Positions 9,060 through 15,969 of a DNA stretch of 23,226 bases are shown one piece after another. Below the pieces are notes generated by a model. It made no database searches and had not been told where the DNA came from. It saw only the letters and a program-made list of their open reading frames with translations. This stretch comes from Deltaproteobacteria bacterium TL4 (GTDB lineage Bacteria; SAR324; NAC60-12), in the NCBI GenBank assembly GCA_051382335.1, contig JBBCAX010000222.1, positions 1-23,226 of the forward strand. The letters are read 5' to 3'. Both the position numbers and the translations under genes were made by a program. Position 1 is the first letter of the stretch. Every line of letters starts with the position of its first letter.

Positions 9060-9086
9060 TTTGCTGGCTTCATGTCAGCCAGCAAA
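9060..9086. promoter_or_regulatory. 10-bp hairpin in the leader of the zinc-ribbon gene
   Basis: TTTGCTGGCT-tcatgtc-AGCCAGCAAA, ending 21 nt upstream of ATG 9038 on the minus strand. The following U tract is weak (GTTTG). Confidence 0.35.
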
Positions 9087-9363
9087 CTCATTTTAGCGAT
9101 TGGACTCCGAGGCCAAGGAACCAGGCAAAAGCCCCCAATGACGATTCGCGCTCCTCATCCGTATTCCTGCTTAATGTAACGTATAATTTTAAAAAGCGAA
9201 ATAGTGGAATGCGATAAATTGAGTTGTGACGATGTTCATGCTTTCATATTGCGTCAAAGCGTGGTTTTTGATAGAGTATGAATCAAGATTTTCCGATAAT
9301 GGCAGGATGACGGGTTTACCGAAGGCTGAACGTCTCCTGATGAGAAGGACTCAATGGAAAAAA

Positions 9364-10164
9364 ATGACAACCACCTACTTATTGATTAAAGACTTATTTA
9401 CCGTTGGCTGCTGTCTGATTATTTTCATATTTGGCACCCCGAATCTCTTTGCGGAAGAGTCACACAGTCGAGAGGAATATCGGCTTTCATTGGAACTTGG
9501 GGATCAATTCTTTTTTTCCAGAGAAGTTCCTGGCAACGCGAAAAAAGCAATGGAATATTATTCCAACGCCTTGGCCATACAGCCCAAATCCGGGGAAGCC
9601 GCATGGAAAATGGCCAGAACTTTATGCAGTGAAAATCGCTATGAAGCTGATTTGGAAAATCGTAAGCAACGACTCCTGAGAGCGATTCCTTGGGCAGAAA
9701 ACGCGGTTCAATGGATGCCTGATCAGGGGATCTCTCATTTTTGGCTGGGAAGTTGTTATCTTGAGTATAGTCTCGCTTCAAGAGACTGGAAAGCTTTACG
9801 CTATGCCTATGCCATCAAAAGAGAAATGGACATTGTTTTGAATATCAATCCTCAGTACGCTGAGGCCTATCATGTGCTGGGAACCTTCTATTATTACTTG
9901 CCTTGGCTGCTGGGAGGATCCAAAGAAAAAGGCGTGGAACTCCTCTCTCAAGCGATTGAATACCAACCCAACCACACCGTTCATTATATCAGGCTGGCTC
10001 AGATGTTACTGGAACAAGGGAATCTAAAGGAGGCAACTCCGTTATTAAAAAAAATGTTTCTGATTCAGGACCCTTATGATCCAAGTCTCTCTTTTGAAGA
10101 TCGCATTTTTTCAAAAACCTTAGTTCACCAATATCAGTTAGAATTGGAGGATCCTCAGGAGTGA
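9364..10164 (+). CDS. Exported tetratricopeptide-repeat protein
   Basis: Helical repeats (YYSNALAIQP, GISHFWLG, AEAYHVLGTFY, SQAIEYQP, HYIRLAQML). The signal-like stretch CLIIFIFGTPNLFA favours ATG 9364 over the GTG at 9226; the start remains uncertain. Confidence 0.8.
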   Translation: MTTTYLLIKDLFTVGCCLIIFIFGTPNLFAEESHSREEYRLSLELGDQFFFSREVPGNAKKAMEYYSNALAIQPKSGEAAWKMARTLCSENRYEADLENRKQRLLRAIPWAENAVQWMPDQGISHFWLGSCYLEYSLASRDWKALRYAYAIKREMDIVLNINPQYAEAYHVLGTFYYYLPWLLGGSKEKGVELLSQAIEYQPNHTVHYIRLAQMLLEQGNLKEATPLLKKMFLIQDPYDPSLSFEDRIFSKTLVHQYQLELEDPQE

Positions 10165-10207
10165 GGGGTTTTTATCATTAAACCATTTAGTATTGGTATA
10201 GTAAACT

Positions 10208-10708
10208 ATGGGACTATCAATCATTGAAGATCAATTATTAGAAACGATCATTCAGGAACATCATCAATGGCTCGAATCCAAAGGTCTTCAGGGAAAACAA
10301 GCCAACCTTGCCGGTGCAAACTTAACAGGTAAGAACCTGGGCGCAAAACGTACAATGGATTCTCGTCAAACGGAGGTGAGTGATACGCGGTTGATGGAAA
10401 TCACCCTGATGGAAGCTGAGAAAGAAAGCATGGACCTGCGAAAAGCTATTCTAGTGGGTGCCAATTTAAAGAATGTCGTCTTGGTTGGCGTCAATTTGGG
10501 TGAAGCCAAATTAACCGGAATCAACCTGGAAGGCGCAAACTTGAGTCAGGCCAACCTTAAAGGCGCGACCTTGATTGGCGCGAACCTCAGCAGGACTAAT
10601 TTTCAGAACGCGAACCTGGAGGGTGTTGATTTTACCGGTGCGGTGATTCAGAGCACCAATTTTTCAAATGTAACGATTGATCAACCCGTACCCATTCCCT
10701 CCGCTTGA
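10208..10708 (+). CDS. Pentapeptide-repeat protein, 166 aa
   Basis: A(N/D)Lxx repeats (ANLAG ANLTG; ANLSQ ANLKG ATLIG ANLSR TNFQN ANLEG) after an N-terminal HxxWLxxxG cap. Confidence 0.9.
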   Translation: MGLSIIEDQLLETIIQEHHQWLESKGLQGKQANLAGANLTGKNLGAKRTMDSRQTEVSDTRLMEITLMEAEKESMDLRKAILVGANLKNVVLVGVNLGEAKLTGINLEGANLSQANLKGATLIGANLSRTNFQNANLEGVDFTGAVIQSTNFSNVTIDQPVPIPSA

Positions 10709-11592
10709 GTTAAAGATATCCGTGAGAATTGTGTGCTCGTCTGACAAGCCGCATATTTATGGGTTTCTTCAGAATAATGTACTTTGGAAATGCTCACTTC
10801 AGGATCATGCGTGTAAAAGACCCAGGCTCCTTCTTTCACCAGTTCCTTGAGGAGTTGATGCTTTTCATCAATTAACTTCTCAGGATATCGGTCGTATCCC
10901 ATGGTAATCGGCAAATGAACCCAGGGTGTTCCAGGGATGAGATCGGCAACAAAAACCATTCTCCCGCCAACCCCTCTCAAATCCGAACAAAGCATCCCAG
11001 GGGTGTGACCGTTACTGTAAAAAAAATCTACCGTTAACTCAGTGAATTTTAACGTGTTTCCAGGTTTCAGAAGAACGAGACGCTTGCTGTCGGTCAACTG
11101 TTTGTTTAATTGCGGCACAAAAGACGCCCTGTCTCTTGAATGGGGATTCATCGCGCGTTTCCAGCCTTTTTTACTGACATAGAATGTTGCCTTGGGAAAC
11201 AGTAACGAGGGGGAGCTCTGTCCCTCCTCCCAACAGCTCAATAACCCTCCAGCATGATCAAAATGCAGATGTGAAATGAACACGGCCGTGATGTCTTCGT
11301 GAGTCAAGTTGAGTTGAGCTAACGAATCCAGCAGGACGTGTCGAGACTCTTCAACGCCAAACCGTTGTCGATATTTGGGTTCCATATAAGCCCCCACTCC
11401 GGTTTCAAAAAGGAGTTTATCCTTTCCCGATTCGACTAACAGGGCACGGGTTGCCAAGGTGATACGATTTAACGCATCAGGAACTATCCATTGTTTCCAG
11501 AGTGCTTGAGGAGCATTGCCAAACATCGCGCCGCCATCTAATTTTTGACTATTTCCGAGAAGACTGCTGAACAGGGGAAGCTTGGTATTCAT
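10681..11592 (-). CDS. MBL-fold metallo-hydrolase, YtnP-like, 303 aa
   Basis: LDGGAMFG, SHLHFDHAGG, GHTPG, ADL, MGYD and THDP motifs. Confidence 0.9.
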   Translation of the reverse strand: MNTKLPLFSSLLGNSQKLDGGAMFGNAPQALWKQWIVPDALNRITLATRALLVESGKDKLLFETGVGAYMEPKYRQRFGVEESRHVLLDSLAQLNLTHEDITAVFISHLHFDHAGGLLSCWEEGQSSPSLLFPKATFYVSKKGWKRAMNPHSRDRASFVPQLNKQLTDSKRLVLLKPGNTLKFTELTVDFFYSNGHTPGMLCSDLRGVGGRMVFVADLIPGTPWVHLPITMGYDRYPEKLIDEKHQLLKELVKEGAWVFYTHDPEVSISKVHYSEETHKYAACQTSTQFSRISLTQAEGMGTG

Positions 11593-11675
11593 GATCGACC
11601 TATCAATTAAATAGTGAAAACGCTACCTGCTTAAGATACGGGCCTTTGATGGGAGTTTAAATACAAAAACACAAA

Positions 11676-13154
11676 TTAAGCGGTCCTTCTTTTCGCTTTC
11701 ATAATGGTTTCCATGAATTCTGAGATTTGCTTTTTCATATCTGCGGGTGAAGCAATCCGGGGATCACATAAATCATATTGAAGAAAAAACAAGGGAATTT
11801 TCCGTTTTCGGCATTGTTCTCGAAACATCCCGTTCAACGCCTTTGTGTTTTTACAGCCCACGTGTTCTGCCATAAAAATCAGATCCAGGTCAAAATGTTC
11901 ATAGGTGTAAAAGAGATCACTGAAAAAATTTTCACAGGGCCCCCTTGTATGACGCGCCATGGGGCCTTCCATGGTAATTTGCGCTAAGCCCCGAAGCATC
12001 GATTCTTCACTGCTGGTGTCAATGAATCCATGCTGTTGAAAAGACAACATGTCCATTAAAAAAGCCACACCATAATTTTGTTCACACCAATTATAAACGT
12101 CAGGAAAACAGGGGGTGGTTGGATTCCACATTAACGCCCGATATCGTTCTTCAGGTAGGGCTCCTTTTCCGCTTTGATGAATCTTGTCGGTCAACTGATA
12201 CAGTTTTTGGAAATAATCCAAACCTGCGGGATGTCCGGGATAAACCTGTGTTCCAATAAGATGACCATAAATGATCGGTTCTCCCGCCATGGGAGCCGGA
12301 CGCTCACGAAGCATTTCCCATATTTCCAATTCTAATTCTTTAATTTGATTTCTCGTCTCACAAATCGCCTTTAAACGATCCCAATCCATGCTCCCTGGTG
12401 TGTATTTTTCAAGCCAGGCGATCATTTGTCGGAGTTCTCCCACAAAATAGTCCACGGCTCGTTTACTTTTGAAATGATGAGGAATATCCAGTCGAAACGT
12501 AGGGACCGCAAGTGTTTTTTCAATTAAAGTATAGGACGACATGCCGCCATCACAAGGCAAGTTGGAGGCGATAATGGCGACAGGAGCCGGGATATGTTCC
12601 CTCAGTGCCATACCCATGGTTGCCTTGGGCAAACTGCAAGTATCCGGGGTAATGCCCTGACTTTCGGCGGCATCAATATATTCTTCAACTATCGCGGGAA
12701 AGACCAAGGGCATCACAATGCCTCCAAATTCAGCCATCCAAGGTTTCAGCCCCATGGCAATGAGAATTTCCGGAGGAACCATATCTTCATGCAAGACCAG
12801 TCTTTCCGGCGTGTTAAAAATGCCATCTAACAATTCACTAAACAGTTTAAACAGCAAATCGGTAATTAAAAAAGCATTGGCTTCCCGATAAGCCCCTGTT
12901 CGTCGATGAACCAATTTTGCATAAAGAATTTCGAGATTAAGGAAAAAATCTTTCAGCCAAGGATACCGTTGGAAGCCTTGGATCATTTGAGGAAATCTTT
13001 GCGTTTTGACAAAGGATCCCATGTTCCGGGCAAGTCCCGCTCTGTATTTGAGGTTAATTCCCAAATCAATAATGTTGGTTTTCAGAGACTTGTGCTGAAT
13101 GTTCGCAATTCCCTCTTTCCATTCCGATTTCAACGCTTCAGCTAAATCATCCAT
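11676..13154 (-). CDS. 2-hydroxyacyl-CoA dehydratase family subunit (HgdA/B, FldB/C-type D-component), 492 aa
   Basis: Three spaced Cys motifs (DTCS, LPCD, VGCK) typical of [4Fe-4S] ligation, plus FRLDIP and YDLCDPR. Strong RBS GAGGAGG. Confidence 0.85.
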   Translation of the reverse strand: MDDLAEALKSEWKEGIANIQHKSLKTNIIDLGINLKYRAGLARNMGSFVKTQRFPQMIQGFQRYPWLKDFFLNLEILYAKLVHRRTGAYREANAFLITDLLFKLFSELLDGIFNTPERLVLHEDMVPPEILIAMGLKPWMAEFGGIVMPLVFPAIVEEYIDAAESQGITPDTCSLPKATMGMALREHIPAPVAIIASNLPCDGGMSSYTLIEKTLAVPTFRLDIPHHFKSKRAVDYFVGELRQMIAWLEKYTPGSMDWDRLKAICETRNQIKELELEIWEMLRERPAPMAGEPIIYGHLIGTQVYPGHPAGLDYFQKLYQLTDKIHQSGKGALPEERYRALMWNPTTPCFPDVYNWCEQNYGVAFLMDMLSFQQHGFIDTSSEESMLRGLAQITMEGPMARHTRGPCENFFSDLFYTYEHFDLDLIFMAEHVGCKNTKALNGMFREQCRKRKIPLFFLQYDLCDPRIASPADMKKQISEFMETIMKAKRRTA

Positions 13155-13198
13155 CGTGCCTCCTCATTAAAGGTGAGCTCAGGGTTACGCTCCAGCTT

Positions 13199-15064
13199 TT
13201 AGATATAAACTGAAAAACCTTTTTTTAATCCTGAAATCAAAGGACTGGGAGTGCCTGATCTCAAGATTTTGATTTTGCCTTCTTTTTGCCCCACTTTATC
13301 TAATAATAAGTTGGTTGCCCATTTCGCGGTAACATTGGTTTTTTCCATAAAAACAGCGGGGTGCGGAACAAAAGCCATATCTCCAATAAACAAAAAATTG
13401 TCGATGGGAGACTGCACTGGAGGACGTTTCTTTTCATCTCCAGGCAGGTAAGTCGTATAATGACGCCACTTATTGATAAAATAGGATTGATATGGAGGAA
13501 TGTCCTGCATGAGCCCTTTGAGTTCCTGATGGCATCGGTCCACAATTTCCTGATTGGAAAGCTGTGCGACTTTGTCCACTTTCGCAATTTGAGTTTCCAA
13601 AATGGTGACATCATACCCCGCATATTGTGGATTCATCCCTGCACTTCCCTCTTCCAACAGAGGAGCTGTCCAGTTAATGGTAATCCCCAGGTGCTCAAAA
13701 CCGGTTGCGAAAAATACGTTATTATCCGGTCGTTCTTTAAAAAGTTTTCTCCAAAATTGGGACCCTTCATACCAAAGATTCACAACATAAACTTCAGTTG
13801 CATGGAGTTGGAGTATATTTTGAAAGTAAGCCTGATTTCCCAAGACTTCCAGATTGGTGGCCATGAATTTTTGACTCGCGGGGATATCCATCGCACTGAT
13901 AAAATAATCGGCACTGAAGGTTTTTACACGGGTTTCCTGCTCCGATAATAATTTTAATTTTGCGCCTTCCGCGCCACAAAAAGGACAAACCTCATATTCG
14001 CCATCACCATAAATCAGCTCTCCGCAAATTTGACAACGTCTGGCTTTGATGGGCAGAATTTGACTCGAAATGACACTCTCAATGCGTCCATCTCTCAGAA
14101 CCAACTGTTCCACTTCGGTGTTGTAATGAACCGTTCCTCCTTTGCGAGTGATGTAATCCACCATCGGCTGCAAAAACGTTTCGCCAGGAGGGCACATGTA
14201 GAGATTAACATCCCAATCTTTCGGAGACCCTGAAACCAATTGAAAAATATTCGCAATCGTTGCCGCGGAAAGTTTGTCAACATTGTTGAAATAGGCCATT
14301 TCTACAACACTGTCGATAATCTTATAAGTTAAGGCCTCCGAGAGGCCCAGCTTTTTACAATACTCCTCAATGGTCATACTATCCATGTACTCTCTTTGCT
14401 TCGTATCCGCATAATCAAAAATCATAAAACGCAAGAAGACGGAAATTGCCTCTGTCTGCTTGCCCCGGAGGTGATCCAACTGCAGAAGGTTCGCGACTTG
14501 CTCCAAACGATCGTAGGGAGAAGGCCAAGTCGTTGTTGGAATGTAGCTCTGGGTTCCATCTTTATCAAGAAAGGTATAAATCGAACGTTCCTCACTGATA
14601 TCCTGAAGTTTGAAGCCATAACGTCCCATAAATTCTCTTAAATTATTATAAAAACCCCAAACCGCATGGACGCCATGCTCCCGTACAAAGCCTTGAAAGT
14701 TGGGATCCCGCTTCAAGGGGTGATCCGCAGGACCAAAGGACTTGTCCCGCCATGACTTTAATTTTCCTCCGGGGAGACCTGATTTTTCCAAGACGGTAAC
14801 TTTAAATCCTCTTGACGCCAATTCCACTCCGGCTTGAATCCCTGATAATCCTCCTCCAAGAATGCAGACACTTTTACCGTTAGAAGCCAATTCCACCCGG
14901 TTTTCAGCGACTTCGGGATATTTGGCCCTGTAAAAAGAATCGTTGTTTAAGGGAACCACTGCCATGCCCGCCGCTCCGACGGCTGCTGCGGAGAACCCGA
15001 AAAATTGTCTCCTCGTTGTTTTCGCTGTACTCTTTTCCGGTTTTATTTTTTCTGACTGTTTCAT
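13199..15064 (-). CDS. FAD-dependent oxidoreductase (phytoene desaturase/CrtU/amine oxidase superfamily) with twin-arginine N-terminus and rubredoxin-like insert, 621 aa
   Basis: TRRQFF followed by a hydrophobic stretch; ILGGGLSG...VTVLEK...GGK dinucleotide fold; EHGVHAVWGFY; CQICG-x11-CPFCG; C-terminal FLFIGD and FMEK. Start placed at ATG 15064 after AAGGAGAG. Confidence 0.85.
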   Translation of the reverse strand: MKQSEKIKPEKSTAKTTRRQFFGFSAAAVGAAGMAVVPLNNDSFYRAKYPEVAENRVELASNGKSVCILGGGLSGIQAGVELASRGFKVTVLEKSGLPGGKLKSWRDKSFGPADHPLKRDPNFQGFVREHGVHAVWGFYNNLREFMGRYGFKLQDISEERSIYTFLDKDGTQSYIPTTTWPSPYDRLEQVANLLQLDHLRGKQTEAISVFLRFMIFDYADTKQREYMDSMTIEEYCKKLGLSEALTYKIIDSVVEMAYFNNVDKLSAATIANIFQLVSGSPKDWDVNLYMCPPGETFLQPMVDYITRKGGTVHYNTEVEQLVLRDGRIESVISSQILPIKARRCQICGELIYGDGEYEVCPFCGAEGAKLKLLSEQETRVKTFSADYFISAMDIPASQKFMATNLEVLGNQAYFQNILQLHATEVYVVNLWYEGSQFWRKLFKERPDNNVFFATGFEHLGITINWTAPLLEEGSAGMNPQYAGYDVTILETQIAKVDKVAQLSNQEIVDRCHQELKGLMQDIPPYQSYFINKWRHYTTYLPGDEKKRPPVQSPIDNFLFIGDMAFVPHPAVFMEKTNVTAKWATNLLLDKVGQKEGKIKILRSGTPSPLISGLKKGFSVYI

Positions 15065-15116
15065 GGGACTCTCCTTCTGATGCTTTGAAAGAATGGAAGT
15101 AAAGAACGGGTGATCC

Positions 15117-15461
15117 TTATTGTTCGTCGGACTGTAACAACATTTCCTGTTCAAGCAGGACCAAACGTTCCAACTGCGATTCTGTCAGATTATGTAATAG
15201 TTTGTTGATGATCATATGCATGGCGCCCTTCATCGTTTTAATCCCCAGGTTGACAACCTTCATTCCAATTCTCCCAACCTCTAGTTCAGAGGGAATTCTC
15301 AAAAAATAATAGTCCACGCCTATGTCTACTTGCTCCAGTAAAAGAGCAACGAACGCCGGGGTATGTTGCATTTTATTCGTTGAATTATTGATCTGTTCTG
15401 ATATTTCCTGAACTTTGACGTACAACTCCATCGGAATCGGAAAGGTGCAATACTCAGCCAT
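15117..15461 (-). CDS. Hypothetical helical protein, 114 aa
   Basis: GAGG RBS, protein-like composition, ends 52 bp upstream of the oxidoreductase start. No motif recognised. Confidence 0.7.
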   Translation of the reverse strand: MAEYCTFPIPMELYVKVQEISEQINNSTNKMQHTPAFVALLLEQVDIGVDYYFLRIPSELEVGRIGMKVVNLGIKTMKGAMHMIINKLLHNLTESQLERLVLLEQEMLLQSDEQ

Positions 15462-15477
15462 AATTACCTCAAAAATT

Positions 15478-15709
15478 GGCTACCCCCTTAACCCCCATGA
15501 GACAAGTCTCACAACGAAGCATGAAAGTAATTGGTAGGCCGGGATTACATGTCCGGCAAAATGAGGGGCACGTAGTCCCCTTCTACCACTTTCTTACAAA
15601 GCGGGACATTGGTAGGCGGGGATTACATGCCCCGCTTTTCTGATCGTTGAGGTTGCCGGACACGTAGTTCCGGTTTACCATCGAGGTGTCCCGGCTTAAG
15701 TGGGTAGCC
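15478..15709. repeat. Cluster of four GTAG-type REP palindromes (two inverted doublets) bracketed by a 14-bp inverted repeat
   Basis: GGTAGGCCGGGATTACATGTCCGGC 15533-15557 (+); GGTAGAAGGGGACTACGTGCCCCT 15587-15564 (-); GGTAGGCGGGGATTACATGCCCCGC 15611-15635 (+); GGTAAACCGGAACTACGTGTCCGGC 15679-15655 (-). Flanks are GGCTACCCCCTTAA (15478-15491) and TTAAGTGGGTAGCC (15696-15709), 13/14 inverted. Confidence 0.8.
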
Positions 15710-15775
15710 CAAAAGTTAATTGAGAAGAGGGGAAACTTACTGATTAAAAAAGAGTTTTATACAATAAGTTTTCAT

Positions 15776-15815
15776 GGTATACAGAATGTCTACGTAAGGT
15801 ATACAGAATGTCTAC
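15776..15815. promoter_or_regulatory. Tandem near-palindromic operator-like sites
   Basis: GGTATACAGAATGTCTAC occurs exactly twice (15776-15793, 15798-15815; 22-bp period). Each core is GTATACA-N3-TGTCTAC, a dyad with one mismatch. Confidence 0.6.
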
Positions 15816-15897
15816 CAGAAATTCAACATCTTTTTTAGAAAAGAGGATCGGAGAAGGGGATAGGTCTTGACGTCAGGTGTTACAATCCGTGTGGGAG

Positions 15898-15924
15898 AAG
15901 CCCATGAAACACTTGCATGGGCTT
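15898..15924 (-). terminator. Hairpin downstream of the Big_2 lipoprotein gene (possible terminator or RNA-stability element)
   Basis: AAGCCCATG-N9-CATGGGCTT, 45 nt past the stop at 15970. No clear U tract. Confidence 0.35.
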
Positions 15925-15969
15925 GAGGCTCTGTTGAAATCCTAGAATTGGAAACTCTATTCTTGCATC

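Noticed and set aside
9337..9363. CTGATGAG...GAAA as a hammerhead ribozyme core
   Set aside because: No stem II closes directly onto GAAA, and stems I and III are not supported.
13199..15154. ORF-track start at 15154, and naming the gene crtU
   Set aside because: 15154 overlaps the upstream gene, whereas 15064 has an RBS and places the RR motif near the N-terminus. The lack of a Rieske motif and of carotenoid genes does not support the name.
15533..15815. REP cluster or the 18-bp tandem as a CRISPR array
   Set aside because: The REP units alternate in orientation and vary in sequence. The tandem has two copies with a 4-bp gap. No cas genes are present.
15927..15940. GGCTCTGTTGAAAT as an IS6/IS5-like terminal repeat
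   Set aside because: Only a short resemblance; I found no partner repeat or transposase remnant.
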